Below, piece by piece: positions 16,279 to 26,188 of a stretch of 42,077 nucleotides of DNA (position 1 is its first letter; the number at the start of each line of letters is the position of its first letter). The DNA is taken from the IMG/VR virus record IMGVR_UViG_3300044899_000016, positions 1 through 42,077 of that record. The stretch is one strand, 5' to 3'. Position numbers and translations under genes: made by a program. Origin of the DNA: a virus (taxonomy: Duplodnaviria > Caudoviricetes). The notes under the pieces were generated by a model. That model was given only the letters and a program-made list of their open reading frames with translations. It was not told the origin of the DNA and did not search any database.

Positions 16279-17646
16279 ATGGCGAAGCAATACATTTACT
16301 TGGAAGTAGGCGCTCTCTCCGCAGTGCAGCAAAATCTTCGCGCTGTGCGCGCGCCGATGGACTTCACGATTGAAAACGTTGAAGTGAGCGCGGGCGCGAA
16401 TGTCGGGGAGGCCACTTTCAACGTGCGCGCTGGCTCTACGCCATCCGCAGCTACAACTATCTTTGCTTCCCCTTCAGACCGTCCGAAAATCGCATCAGGC
16501 GCATCGCGCGGCGAAAGTGCGGGGCTTTCAGTCGCCATCACGAAAGACACATGGATTGTTTGGGACGTTGACGCCGTGCCTGTAGGTGGAATCAGCGCGC
16601 CGGTGACTATCGCTATTCGTGTCGAGGATGGAACTGCCGTCGCAGGTGCGCCCGGCTCGCAGTGGCTGAATGGCACAGGCGCACCTTCAGGCGGCATCGG
16701 CGTCAACGGCGATTATTACCTGCGAACTTCAAACGATGATGTTTATTTTAAGAATGCCGGTGCGTGGTCAGTCGTTGGAAATATCAGAGGTGCGGCGGGC
16801 ACTCCAGGCATAGATGGCTCAGTCTTGCGCAATGGCTCTGGTGTACCTAGTAACGGCACGGGCGTTGATGGTGACTACTACCTCCGCACAAGCAACAATG
16901 ATCTTTACCAGCGCCAAGCAGGCTCTTATGTTGTTGTTGGAAACCTTCAAGGCGCTCCAGGCGCAGCTGGACAGGGCTTCACTTTTCGCAATGCTTGGGC
17001 TTCCGGCACTGCTTATGTCGCCTATGATGTTGTCACCTATAACGGCTCGACATATCTGGCGATTGCTTCAAGCACAAATGTTCTACCTTCGTCTGATGTA
17101 ACGAAGTGGGCGGTCATGGCGTCAAGCGCGAACTTGTTAGCCGGAGAGCAAGATGTTGCCTGGTCTAACCTCTCGTCAAGCGTCACGGTTGACTCAAACA
17201 ACACTCTCATAGGCTCAAGCGTCAACGGCGGCGGGAATGCGACGCAGACCATAACGGGCATTGGCGGCATTGTCCGTTTTCGCATTGGACCATCAAGCGA
17301 ATCAACGCGCTATGCCGGGCTGCGCACTTCTAGCCCGACTCACACGGGACTTGACTCAACAACGGGCTGGCGTTGTCAGGTGCGCGTGGACGGCACTATC
17401 AACGCCCAAAACGACGGCGCGAATTTCTCTTCGTCGCCAACGAATTTCGCCTATACAGATCAGGATGAATTGAAATTCGAGTGCTTTGATTCTGGCGGCG
17501 GGACGCCCGGCCTTCGGCTCTATTCAAACAATGTCTTGAAAAAGACCTTCACGGGCACAATCAGCTTTCCGCTCTATTTTGATGTGCAGTTTACTTCTTT
17601 GAGCACGCAGCATATCTACGGCGGGAAGATTAAGAGCACGGCGTAA
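16279..17646 (+). CDS. Tail fibre / receptor-binding protein
   Basis: Two GxPSxxxGVxGDYYLRTSNxD repeats, short G-X-X runs, and a CBM5/12-like WASGTAYVAYDVVTYNGSTY segment. Confidence 0.75.
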   Translation: MAKQYIYLEVGALSAVQQNLRAVRAPMDFTIENVEVSAGANVGEATFNVRAGSTPSAATTIFASPSDRPKIASGASRGESAGLSVAITKDTWIVWDVDAVPVGGISAPVTIAIRVEDGTAVAGAPGSQWLNGTGAPSGGIGVNGDYYLRTSNDDVYFKNAGAWSVVGNIRGAAGTPGIDGSVLRNGSGVPSNGTGVDGDYYLRTSNNDLYQRQAGSYVVVGNLQGAPGAAGQGFTFRNAWASGTAYVAYDVVTYNGSTYLAIASSTNVLPSSDVTKWAVMASSANLLAGEQDVAWSNLSSSVTVDSNNTLIGSSVNGGGNATQTITGIGGIVRFRIGPSSESTRYAGLRTSSPTHTGLDSTTGWRCQVRVDGTINAQNDGANFSSSPTNFAYTDQDELKFECFDSGGGTPGLRLYSNNVLKKTFTGTISFPLYFDVQFTSLSTQHIYGGKIKSTA

Positions 17647-19856
17647 TGTCTATCTTTTTCCCTGTCAACGCGCTTGAAGGCTTTGCCTTTTCAGAAGGCG
17701 CGCTTTTCGCGGGCGCGACATTCCTGGAAGTTGACGCGGAAGTCACAAAGACTGCGCGCGTCACGTTCAATGGCGCAACACTTCTGACCTTCGGCGCGGG
17801 GCAAGGCTCTGTCACATTCGCAGGCTCAACGCTGCTTGGCTTCGCTGGCCGTCTCAATAATGAGGCGAACGTTTTAGCAGATGCGACGTTCGCGGGCGCG
17901 ACTGCTTTAGAGTTTTTACCGGAGGGCGCGCGCGCAGGCGGCGTCTCTTTTGATAGCGCAACCGCGCTTGAGTTAAATGCCCGCGTTGACCGCGCTGAAG
18001 AGTTCGGCTTCACCTTCTTCGTTGACATACTCGACACGGACACGAGCGCGGCTCTTGCTTCGAATAATCGCCGCTATACATCTCGCCTCGTCGTTGATGG
18101 CGTGGAAGTACCCATCATTCGAGCCAATATCAATGCGCCCGACGGCGCGCTTGGAATTGAGTTGAGCGTCATTCTCGCGCGCCCTGATGTGTCGCAGGTA
18201 ACTTCCTCTTCAACTACCAATTTTGATATAGGCATTTGGGCGGGCGGGGCTTGGAAGTGGATAAACCTGCTCACGGGCGCGCGCATGAGCGGGCGGGGCG
18301 CGCGTTATGCGAATGAAGAGAAGCTTCCCGCCGATTCTGTAGAAGTGACTTTCGTTGATGTCATGGGCGACAGGTGGAATCGCGCGCCTGGCACGAACAC
18401 AATTCTTTACGATCCGCAGACGGTGGACGCGCCCACAACTGACACCATCAGCCAGCAAACTATTTTCGATGGGAACGGGGCCGCGAAAGTTCCTGTCTAT
18501 TCGGCGATCTACGGCATGCGCTTGAAGGATGTAATTCACGCAGCTTATGTCGAAGGCTCAGGCTTCGATTCTGTTGTCACCAACATAGACAATTTCCCTG
18601 TCGAGCAAGTTGTTTTCTCTCTCACGGGTGGCTATGACGCTGGCGTGCGCCCCTTACTCGCGCCCTTTGAGCCTATCTTTTTCACAATCGGAAATACACT
18701 CTGGATTGTTAGCTTAGACAACCCGCTTCCGGCGGGCTTTGCCGCTCAAGATTTTCCGGCTTCAAAGGTCGTTGAGATTGATGACCAATTGCCACAGCGC
18801 GAGCCTGTCAATGCTCTGCTTGTGCATCTCAAAGACAACGGCACGGGGGAATATGTCACTGAGCGCGAGGAAGCGCCGCCCGCCGTGCCAAGCGGTACGT
18901 TCGGCGCGCCCGGCTATACAGAGACAGAGACGACACGCAGAGTGCGCGAGTATCGCAACTTCCTGACGCCTACCGTCATCCAGCGCGAAGAAGAGGCTTT
19001 TTTGAAAGTGCGCGTGCTGGATTTCGAGTTCAATGAGATTTCGATTGACACGCGCACGAGCTACTTTGACGCGCGTAACCGCCCCACTGGTTACAGCCGC
19101 ATTGTGCATTCGCGTTTGCCTGATTTGAATGACCCGGCCAAACCGCTTGTGCTTCAAAAAGCAGAAGAAGAAACGCAGACAATCACTTATGCGCCGCATC
19201 CTTTGAATCCACAGCGAGATGTGCAGAGCCGGATTGTTACTGAAATTAGCGGTTTAATTATTACCGATAACGATAATCAGTATTTAGGCAAACCTTATAA
19301 GATTTCACTGCACAATGGTCATAAGAGCGGCTATGTCAATGCCGATGCCGATGCGTCCAGCCAGATAAGCTCTTTTGGCGCATTAAAGACCGTTACAGAG
19401 ACTTTAAGAGTGCAGGGCGGGCAGGTTGTGCGTGATAGGCGCGTCACAGACCACGTGGCGAATGTGGTTGACCCGCCGACCACACAGGTCTTACCCGGCG
19501 ACGCGAGCTTCAATCCGCGCACGGAAGGCCGCACGCGCACGGTGCTTTTGACCATCGCCGGAACTGAAGCGAGTGGACGACGAGCCGCAGACTTTGACGG
19601 CACAGGCTTGCCGACAGACATTGCGATGAAGCTTGCGGCAAAGAGGCTCGCGGGCTTGAGCAATCCGCCGCGTGCGGCGAGCGCGCCAATGGCCTTTTTT
19701 GATGTAGTGATGCGCAGAGGTCTTGACTTGCAACTTCCTGCGCGCAGTGGGAGCTTGGGCACTTATATCGTTCGCGGCTATTCAGGCATGATAGAGCGAA
19801 ACTCTGAAGGCGTTGTAGAAGGTAAGATGAGTTTTCAAGCAAGGGAGCTTAAATGA
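17646..19856 (+). CDS. Large tail tip/hub protein
   Basis: 736 aa in the tail tip module, with N-terminal FAGATxL repeats. Confidence 0.55.
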   Translation: MSIFFPVNALEGFAFSEGALFAGATFLEVDAEVTKTARVTFNGATLLTFGAGQGSVTFAGSTLLGFAGRLNNEANVLADATFAGATALEFLPEGARAGGVSFDSATALELNARVDRAEEFGFTFFVDILDTDTSAALASNNRRYTSRLVVDGVEVPIIRANINAPDGALGIELSVILARPDVSQVTSSSTTNFDIGIWAGGAWKWINLLTGARMSGRGARYANEEKLPADSVEVTFVDVMGDRWNRAPGTNTILYDPQTVDAPTTDTISQQTIFDGNGAAKVPVYSAIYGMRLKDVIHAAYVEGSGFDSVVTNIDNFPVEQVVFSLTGGYDAGVRPLLAPFEPIFFTIGNTLWIVSLDNPLPAGFAAQDFPASKVVEIDDQLPQREPVNALLVHLKDNGTGEYVTEREEAPPAVPSGTFGAPGYTETETTRRVREYRNFLTPTVIQREEEAFLKVRVLDFEFNEISIDTRTSYFDARNRPTGYSRIVHSRLPDLNDPAKPLVLQKAEEETQTITYAPHPLNPQRDVQSRIVTEISGLIITDNDNQYLGKPYKISLHNGHKSGYVNADADASSQISSFGALKTVTETLRVQGGQVVRDRRVTDHVANVVDPPTTQVLPGDASFNPRTEGRTRTVLLTIAGTEASGRRAADFDGTGLPTDIAMKLAAKRLAGLSNPPRAASAPMAFFDVVMRRGLDLQLPARSGSLGTYIVRGYSGMIERNSEGVVEGKMSFQARELK

Positions 19857-20140
19857 ATCCGGTTCGCATACCACGCGGCAATTTAGATGACGACGACCCG
19901 CGCCCTTGCTGGATTCCACTTGTGACGGGCGAACCGTCACGGCCATGCAAGCCTGCGATCCGTTGCAAGTGTGGAATGCTCACTTGCATAGGGCTTCATC
20001 ACGTCCACGCAGACGGCACTGTGACGGCGAGCTTCTTTCACGACAAGCCAGAGCCGGAAGCCTGCGGCTGGCACGTCTATCTGTTTCTTGAAGGCTACGC
20101 CGAAGAGATAGGCATAGACTTCCCGCCGGAAAAAGAGTGA
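19853..20140 (+). CDS. Small Cys/His-rich hypothetical protein (DUF6527-like pattern)
   Basis: IRCKCG...DGTVTASF...CGWH pattern; ATGA overlap with the upstream gene. Confidence 0.4.
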   Translation: MNPVRIPRGNLDDDDPRPCWIPLVTGEPSRPCKPAIRCKCGMLTCIGLHHVHADGTVTASFFHDKPEPEACGWHVYLFLEGYAEEIGIDFPPEKE

Positions 20141-20143
20141 CGA

Positions 20144-20470
20144 ATGATGAGTGACGCGATTACTGATACGAACGGCGAGCCTCTGCTTTACGTCAATCTG
20201 TCGTTGACGGAGAATGCAGACAGCGTTGTGATTGCCGCTCTCGTGCCATGCAAAGCCGGAAAGTATCTCGCCTCGAATAGCGATGCTGGAGCGCAGGTTC
20301 TAGCTCGTCGCACAGGCTCTGGCGGCTCTTTCGTTGACATTGCGACTTCCCCTATTGACCTCACGCCATACGACGGCGAAACAGTCTCTTTTGATTTCAA
20401 AGTTCACAGTAACAGCGTGTCAGGTTTAGAGCGCGTGGCTTTGCCTGTGCGAGTTACTTTTAATCCATGA
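20144..20470 (+). CDS. Hypothetical tail-associated protein
   Basis: Beta-rich, 108 aa, in the tail module. Contains a motif A box at 20267-20284. Confidence 0.5.
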   Translation: MMSDAITDTNGEPLLYVNLSLTENADSVVIAALVPCKAGKYLASNSDAGAQVLARRTGSGGSFVDIATSPIDLTPYDGETVSFDFKVHSNSVSGLERVALPVRVTFNP

Positions 20471-20736
20471 TCCGCCGGCGGCATCGTCACTTCCGGCGTG
20501 GCTCGATCACCTTCAATTTTGACGATGCTTCAGGTGTGACGGCGCAGCGCTTCAAGTTTGAAGCTCAGTCACATTTGAAAACGTGACTGACTAGGCTAAT
20601 TGCTTCCTGAAATGGTCACACATTCTGTGACTGCTCGATGTGCGGCGAACTCCAGAGAGACACACTTGCGCGCGAGTATCGCTAGGAATGGCGAGTGATG
20701 ATCATGTGACCTGGATGCGTCGCCGAAGATAGCGAG
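20469..20736 (-). repeat. Composite palindromic element copy 2 (inverted)
   Basis: Motif A at 20483, 20509, 20678, 20719; motif B at 20536, 20583, 20627. 20583-20673 is an inverted copy of 35713-35803 with 3 mismatches. Confidence 0.92.
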
Positions 20737-20756
20737 TGTGGCCAAGGCTTCAGACT

Positions 20757-21818
20757 ATGGCAGAGAAGAAAATCATTGTCGGACATGGCGAAAAGCTCTC
20801 AGTCGAGATTCCGAAAGAGAGCACGCCCGATCTTGTATCGCCAGAAGCGGCGCGGCGAGCAGCGCTTTTTCCTTCCGATGTTGACGAAGAGCTTTACGCC
20901 TTCAGGCAAGGAATCACGTTCTATGATTTAGGCACTCGAAAGCAGGAAGACGGCTCTTATGCACACATCACTTTCAATTCTTTCACTCAAGCGCATCTAT
21001 CAAACATCTGGCCTCCGCTCGTGAGCGCTTACAACGCGGCCTTGCTCGCTGGCGATTTCACGCACAATCAGGCATGCGCCAAGCTGCAAAAGAAGAGTCA
21101 ATTTCTCTACTTCGATGTTGTCTTCAAAAAGACAGGCGAAGATGATGATGGAGAATTGATTGGCGAGAAAGACACGCGCCCCTATGTGCAGGATTTGCCG
21201 TTGCAGGGAAGCCCGATGCCAGCGAGCGTGCATGAATCGAAGTGGACGGGCTCTCTAAAATTCTCAAAAAGCGGCTGGCAGATGCGCGTTGAATCAGCCT
21301 GGTTTTATAACGAGTTCGATACGTCGGACCTGACGAGGTTCAAGATCACAGAGAGCGCGGACCCGGACGCATCGCCATTTCTGGATTTCAAAGTCTCAGG
21401 CGGGATGCGCATATTCCTGACGCCGCGTTGCAATTTCTTTGGCTTCGATGCGGGCGCGCTCACAACCTACCATCTCTCTCGCTTTCTGCCCGTGCTGCCT
21501 CTCAGTCAATTCGAGACACAGCCTCCTTTCACTCAAATAGGTTTTGTCACGACAGGCGGCGTCCAGATGAGGGCGCATGCGACTGTTGATTTCTGGACTG
21601 CAATCGCAAGCTATTATCTCGCCTCATACCCTTCTTTTGATTCAGGCTCTGCTTTTATTGACGACGACGCGAGCGCGTACCTATTGGTTGACGGGCATAG
21701 TCTCAAGGCACTCGTCGCCGTTGTGGTTCAAGGCAGCAAGACTTATTATGTTTGGCGCACGGGCATCTTTGACTCAAACCTTTGGCATGCGAACAGGGTT
21801 TACAATCCTTCATTCTAG
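20757..21818 (+). CDS. Hypothetical protein, last gene of the late operon
   Basis: About 350-aa aromatic-rich ORF; likely ATG at 20757. Confidence 0.55.
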   Translation: MAEKKIIVGHGEKLSVEIPKESTPDLVSPEAARRAALFPSDVDEELYAFRQGITFYDLGTRKQEDGSYAHITFNSFTQAHLSNIWPPLVSAYNAALLAGDFTHNQACAKLQKKSQFLYFDVVFKKTGEDDDGELIGEKDTRPYVQDLPLQGSPMPASVHESKWTGSLKFSKSGWQMRVESAWFYNEFDTSDLTRFKITESADPDASPFLDFKVSGGMRIFLTPRCNFFGFDAGALTTYHLSRFLPVLPLSQFETQPPFTQIGFVTTGGVQMRAHATVDFWTAIASYYLASYPSFDSGSAFIDDDASAYLLVDGHSLKALVAVVVQGSKTYYVWRTGIFDSNLWHANRVYNPSF

Positions 21819-21939
21819 GCGGCTAAAGTGGAGAGCGGAAAAAGGGCAAACCAATATCCTTTTACTTTTCAACATTTAGAAAAAGAGCTTTTATCTCTCA
21901 TGAGGGCACTTCAAAAACCTTGAAAACCTCAACGATTCC

Positions 21940-23133
21940 TTAGCCTTTCGATTTTGCGGCCATTTCCAGCAATCTCTCTTTTTCACTTACTTCTGAATCA
22001 GGCGAATTATCCGAACCATTAACAGCGACTTTGGCGACCAAAGCGGAGAGCGCGTCCGCCGTCTCGCGCCTACTCTCACTTCGCGCGTGGGCGTATCGCA
22101 TCAGGATTTGCTGCGTTGAATGTCTGCTCTGGCTTTGCACAGTCGCCAGGTCATAGCCCGCTTCAATTAAAGCCGTCACTGCGGTGTGCCGCGTGGTATG
22201 AAAGACGATGCCGTTTCGTTTGTCATATCCCCAGGGGATGCCGTGCTTTTCCGCCGCGCGCTTAACTATGTGAGTTGGCAAAAGTGAGACGGCGCGCTGT
22301 GGGTTGCGGTCCGAGGGAAAGACGAAAGGGCTTTCGGGATTCTGGCCTGACTTCCTTCGCTCGAATAATTCTATCAGTCTGGCAGGGATAAAAATGATTC
22401 CTTCCTCGTCCGTCTTTTTCGAGTCAATCCGAAGCTTCTTCTCTTTCCAGAAAATATCATCCCAGCGTAGAGTGCGTATCTCATCTTTTCTGGCGAGCGA
22501 GAGGAGCGCGACTTCAAAGAAATCTGCGGCATCAGAGCGAGCGCGAAAGGCTTGGCTGTTCTCGGTCTGATTTTTAGGCAGTCTTAACTCAGCGAGAATG
22601 AGCGCGATCTGCTCTCGTGAGATTGTGGCTTTACGATAGCCTTTAGGAATCTTGAGCTTTGGTCTTTTAGGCGCTCGCCATTCCGATAGCTCTGTGAAGA
22701 GTTCGGGCGCGCTATTTAAGCAGGCGTAAATGTCTGCCATCTCGCGGTGGACGCTCTGAGGCTTTAAACCTGAAGAGAGCCGCGCATCTCTATATTTAGC
22801 GAGATGAGCTGTCTTTACTTCTTCAACTAACAAGCTGTCGGGAAGTGTCGCGAGAAAAGATTTGAGAATGCGCGCCGCATTCTTTCGCATATAGGTTTTG
22901 TCGCCGATCTGTTTGATTCGCGCATTGACGAGTTGCCTGACGGTGATGCGCGCTGTCTGAGAGATGATTCCGGCCCCGCGCTCATTTGCTTTCACGCGCC
23001 GGATGGCGAGCGCGAGTTCCGCATTTTCTTTGGAGGCGAAACCTATCTTATGGACGCGCCTTCCCTTGATGCGTGAGTCATAGCCCCATGTCCAATCATT
23101 CAATAATGCGCTCCAAAATTGTCTGACGGCCAT
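21940..23133 (-). CDS. int: Tyrosine recombinase / phage integrase
   Basis: Catalytic pattern R (LARKDEI), K, HTTRH, H (RHS), Y (MRYAH). N-terminal arm-binding-like GFASKENA region. Confidence 0.92.
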   Translation of the reverse strand: MAVRQFWSALLNDWTWGYDSRIKGRRVHKIGFASKENAELALAIRRVKANERGAGIISQTARITVRQLVNARIKQIGDKTYMRKNAARILKSFLATLPDSLLVEEVKTAHLAKYRDARLSSGLKPQSVHREMADIYACLNSAPELFTELSEWRAPKRPKLKIPKGYRKATISREQIALILAELRLPKNQTENSQAFRARSDAADFFEVALLSLARKDEIRTLRWDDIFWKEKKLRIDSKKTDEEGIIFIPARLIELFERRKSGQNPESPFVFPSDRNPQRAVSLLPTHIVKRAAEKHGIPWGYDKRNGIVFHTTRHTAVTALIEAGYDLATVQSQSRHSTQQILMRYAHARSESRRETADALSALVAKVAVNGSDNSPDSEVSEKERLLEMAAKSKG

Positions 23134-23201
23134 AAGGCACACTTATCCCCGTAAAGTGAAAGGCACTTTTGAACGTGTTTTCGGGAGTTAATTAAGCGAA
23201 C

Positions 23202-23555
23202 TTAACGAATTCTATATGTCGGCCCGGAACTCAGAGCCAATAAAAACAGTAATACAAAGGTGTCTATAAAACTGATTATGAGCATGGCTATAACAATTGG
23301 TTTAGACCATCCGGTGCGATCTACAATTAACGGGAATCGCTGAATATACCTTCCGCATTGTGGGCAAGATTCGGCCATACGAGAAATGACGCGCCCGCAG
23401 TCAGGGCAGGGCAAAAGGTTCGGGTAAACAGCTTTTTCAACCTTCTCTTCTCTCTGTTGTTGCGGTGGCTGCACAAGCTCCGCGCCGCATCGTTTACACT
23501 TTTCATCTGCGGCGAAGTTTGCTAAACCGCATTGAGGACATTTAACGCTGCTCAT
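23202..23555 (-). CDS. Double zinc-ribbon membrane protein
   Basis: CPQC..CKRC and CPDC..CPQC plus a C-terminal hydrophobic helix, common in lysogeny modules. Confidence 0.7.
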   Translation of the reverse strand: MSSVKCPQCGLANFAADEKCKRCGAELVQPPQQQREEKVEKAVYPNLLPCPDCGRVISRMAESCPQCGRYIQRFPLIVDRTGWSKPIVIAMLIISFIDTFVLLFLLALSSGPTYRIR

Positions 23556-23581
23556 GTTTGAGGCTTCCTTTCATGTGAGAA

Positions 23582-24037
23582 TCAAATGCCGTACAGGTCT
23601 AAAATCCTGAGCCTGAATTCAATCATCTCGCGCGTGTAGCCGCACTCTTCTTCAATTTCACCGGCGAGCATCCTTCGCAGCATCGGCTCCGGTATGAGCG
23701 CGATGGCCGCGCACGCTTCAGCTTCAAATAAAACCTTTCCTTCTTCTCTGACCTGGAAGAAGAGCGACGACGGGGCGTTCGCCGATCTTGGCGCATGCAG
23801 GAAATGATGCGCGAGTTCGTGAAAGGCAACGTGTAGCCAGCGCACGCCGCGCAAACGAGAATCAATCACGATGAAGCGACGGCCTTTGCATGTCATGAAG
23901 AAGCCGGGCACGAGCAGAGGCATCTCGACAACCTTAATCCGCTCGCGTCGGCAGATGCGGTAGAAGTCGCTTTCGGTGAGCGCGCGAGTGTTCAGGCCGG
24001 GAATGCGCTCAAGTAATTTTGCGAGGAAGAAGAGCAT
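23582..24037 (-). CDS. ImmA/IrrE family metallopeptidase (anti-repressor protease)
   Basis: HELAH zinc motif, EAEACAAIALIP; lies downstream of the repressor. Confidence 0.88.
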   Translation of the reverse strand: MLFFLAKLLERIPGLNTRALTESDFYRICRRERIKVVEMPLLVPGFFMTCKGRRFIVIDSRLRGVRWLHVAFHELAHHFLHAPRSANAPSSLFFQVREEGKVLFEAEACAAIALIPEPMLRRMLAGEIEEECGYTREMIEFRLRILDLYGI

Positions 24038-24057
24038 TTAAGACCTTGCCTTGACAC

Positions 24058-24444
24058 ATGCTTTACAATGGCCGCATGAACGAAGAAACAGGAACCACCA
24101 AACAAGAAACCTATCCGTTTCTTATAGACGCCGCCATTCCTTCACTTGAACAGCTTCGTGATGCATGTATGTCAAATGGTGTTCATATCGGCCCTATCGG
24201 GCGGATAGGATTTGCGCACATTAACCTACCTGACGGCTCAAGCAAGCCTGTAATTGCGGTACAAGCTGAGCTTTATATGCCAATCGCACCGATTAGCGAA
24301 CCTGGCGACGCTCAAGAAAATGGTGGCGTAATCAATTCGGTTGATAAGCATGAAGTGGCAATCAATCTCTCGCAGGAGACTTTAGGCGCGCTCCGAAACA
24401 TGATTATGTCGCTGGCTTCAAGCATTCGCGCCTCGAAAGATTAG
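24058..24444 (+). CDS. Hypothetical protein
   Basis: 128-aa ORF fitting the gap between minus-strand genes. Confidence 0.45.
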   Translation: MLYNGRMNEETGTTKQETYPFLIDAAIPSLEQLRDACMSNGVHIGPIGRIGFAHINLPDGSSKPVIAVQAELYMPIAPISEPGDAQENGGVINSVDKHEVAINLSQETLGALRNMIMSLASSIRASKD

Positions 24445-24638
24445 CCGGTAGGCGAAATCAACAAAACTTCGCGCGCGTCAAGCCATATATCCGCGTCGGT
24501 TTTATTGTCTGCGCCTTGAAAAGTAATGCTATCGCCTGCTTTTTTGAAGCCATGAGCGCGCACAATATAATCATGGCCGTTTTTGAAGACGACCCGAAAC
24601 TTCTTTTCTTTGGGAATAGTTAATCCTTCTGTCATCAC
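24441..24638 (-). CDS. Small hypothetical protein
   Basis: GGGG RBS; follows the repressor in the same orientation. Confidence 0.5.
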   Translation of the reverse strand: MMTEGLTIPKEKKFRVVFKNGHDYIVRAHGFKKAGDSITFQGADNKTDADIWLDAREVLLISPTG

Positions 24639-24655
24639 CCCTTCTTTCTCGCCCG

Positions 24656-25063
24656 CTACTTTTTACCCTTGCCTTTATCCGGCGGCTTCTTTGGCCTGCG
24701 CCTCTGAATTTCACTGCCTAGCATTCTGACGGTCGCCAACATCTCCGCTTTGTCTTCTTCTGATAGTTCCTCGAATCCTTTAAAGGCGACGTAGATTTCA
24801 CTTTCAAAGGCTTCCGAGACGCTGAGAGCCTTACCGCGGGCAACTGCGAAAATCTCATCTTCTGAACCTTGCAAACCCTTAGCGAGCGCACGAAGCTTCT
24901 CTGGAGAAACATTTTTTACATAGCCGTTTTCTATTCTGGTCACATAAGCATCTGAGATTTCCCCGCCGCTCTGCCTTTCCACGTCGGTTGTAGATAGACC
25001 CTTTTCGCGCCGAATGCGCCTCACGTATTCAGGCAGCTTCTCCAGACCGTTCCTACTATCCAT
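24656..25063 (-). CDS. XRE-family HTH immunity repressor (cI/ImmR-like)
   Basis: VRRIRREKGLS...ISDAYVTRIENG...LRALAKGL. Likely start ATG at 25063 rather than 25246; divergent from the cro-like gene. Confidence 0.88.
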   Translation of the reverse strand: MDSRNGLEKLPEYVRRIRREKGLSTTDVERQSGGEISDAYVTRIENGYVKNVSPEKLRALAKGLQGSEDEIFAVARGKALSVSEAFESEIYVAFKGFEELSEEDKAEMLATVRMLGSEIQRRRPKKPPDKGKGKK

Positions 25064-25164
25064 AGCGAATAAGCTACTATGATAGTTTCCTATTATGGGT
25101 AGAGATGCTCCTAAGAAAGTAGTTGACACGCCCATTCTTGTCTGATAGGCTCCTACTATCGTAG
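25051..25164. promoter_or_regulatory. Divergent lysis/lysogeny control region with repeated operator-like CTACTAT(N)NNTAG sites and rightward promoter
   Basis: CTACTATCCATAG 25053, CTACTATGATAG 25074, CTATTATGGGTAG 25090, CTAAGAAAGTAG 25111, CTACTATCGTAG 25153. TTGACA at 25123 with TAGGCT at 25146 (17-bp spacing). Confidence 0.7.
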
Positions 25165-25194
25165 CAATCAGGCTGCGAACAATAGGAGAGTCAA

Positions 25195-25422
25195 ATGTAC
25201 CGAGATGATGTAATCCGCGCGAAGCTAGGCGAACTTGGCTGGTCAAAAGCGCGCTTCGCTGAAGAAAGCGGCCTCAACATAAACACGATCACGGCCCTAT
25301 GTCGCGGCGACCTAGTTTCGCTCCCAACAATTTATACGGCGGCTGAAAAGCTCGGCCTGAGCATGCAGGAGCTATTCACTCCCAAAGCAGAGGAAGAGAA
25401 AGAGCCAGCCGCAGCCCGATAG
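25195..25422 (+). CDS. Cro-like HTH regulator
   Basis: GWSKARFAEESGLNINTITAL HTH, AGGAG RBS, divergent from the repressor. Confidence 0.85.
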   Translation: MYRDDVIRAKLGELGWSKARFAEESGLNINTITALCRGDLVSLPTIYTAAEKLGLSMQELFTPKAEEEKEPAAAR

Positions 25423-25511
25423 CTCAAGCTGCGCCGCACGCGCTGGCATCACGTCTCAAATAAAACGCACAAGCCCGCGCACTTTCCACAGACATTTTCA
25501 CAGAGGAAATC

Positions 25512-25799
25512 ATGCCAGACCAAATCGCGCTCGTGCCGGAAAAGAAAAAGAAAACTAAGGCCGCGCTTTCAAAGAAAGAGAGTGCGCGTTATATGAGCCT
25601 TCAAGAGGTTGCCGATCACTATCGAATATCAGAGGCCACCGTCCGCTTAGGGCACAAGCCTTTCGACCAACTCTACACGGTCAAAGTCGGCAAGCGTCGT
25701 CTGGTCTTGAGAAGCTCTGTTGATGCTCTCGACAGGCGATTAGAGCGGGCGGCTGTGAAGCTCGCCGACGAAGGCAGCGATACACGCGCGATTGCGTAG
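25512..25799 (+). CDS. Excisionase-like HTH_17 protein
   Basis: YMSLQEVADHYRISEATV...VKVGKRRLV. Confidence 0.7.
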   Translation: MPDQIALVPEKKKKTKAALSKKESARYMSLQEVADHYRISEATVRLGHKPFDQLYTVKVGKRRLVLRSSVDALDRRLERAAVKLADEGSDTRAIA

Positions 25800-25819
25800 A
25801 AATTAAGAAGGCCGAAGCG

Positions 25820-26188
25820 GTGAGCGCGTGCGAAGCAATTCACCGAATCAGCCCTGAACCCCCGAAAGGATTACGTGTCATGTTACGACCAAACCAGAAA
25901 CCCAGCAAGCAAATTTTCAAGTCAATGCTAGAGATGAAAAAGCGCGGTCTAGTTCCTATTCGCCGTCGCGCGGATTTGTGGAGAGTTCCATCTCAGAGCA
26001 TCCCCTGCCAAAGCTACACCGTAACCGTCAGAGATGTTCGCGCGCGCCTCGAAACCGAATGCACCTGCAAGGCTGGTCAAGCAAATCGCCTTTGCAAGCA
26101 TCAACTGCTCGTCTTAGGTGAGTTCGACAGGGACAACCGGCACTGGATAGCACTGCTCGCGTTTCAGGAAGAAAGGCGGGCAGCGTAA
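25820..26188 (+). CDS. SWIM zinc finger protein
   Basis: VPSQS...YTV...CTCKAG...CKH. Confidence 0.75.
   Translation: MSACEAIHRISPEPPKGLRVMLRPNQKPSKQIFKSMLEMKKRGLVPIRRRADLWRVPSQSIPCQSYTVTVRDVRARLETECTCKAGQANRLCKHQLLVLGEFDRDNRHWIALLAFQEERRAA

Noticed and set aside
20536-20663. Motif B triplets as a mini CRISPR array with 27-nt spacers
   Set aside because: Only 5-bp arms are conserved, linkers vary from 7 to 12 bp, units occur solo, the same interiors recur, and no cas genes are present.
24051-24069. TTGACA...TACAAT as a sigma70 promoter
   Set aside because: Spacing is only 7 bp.
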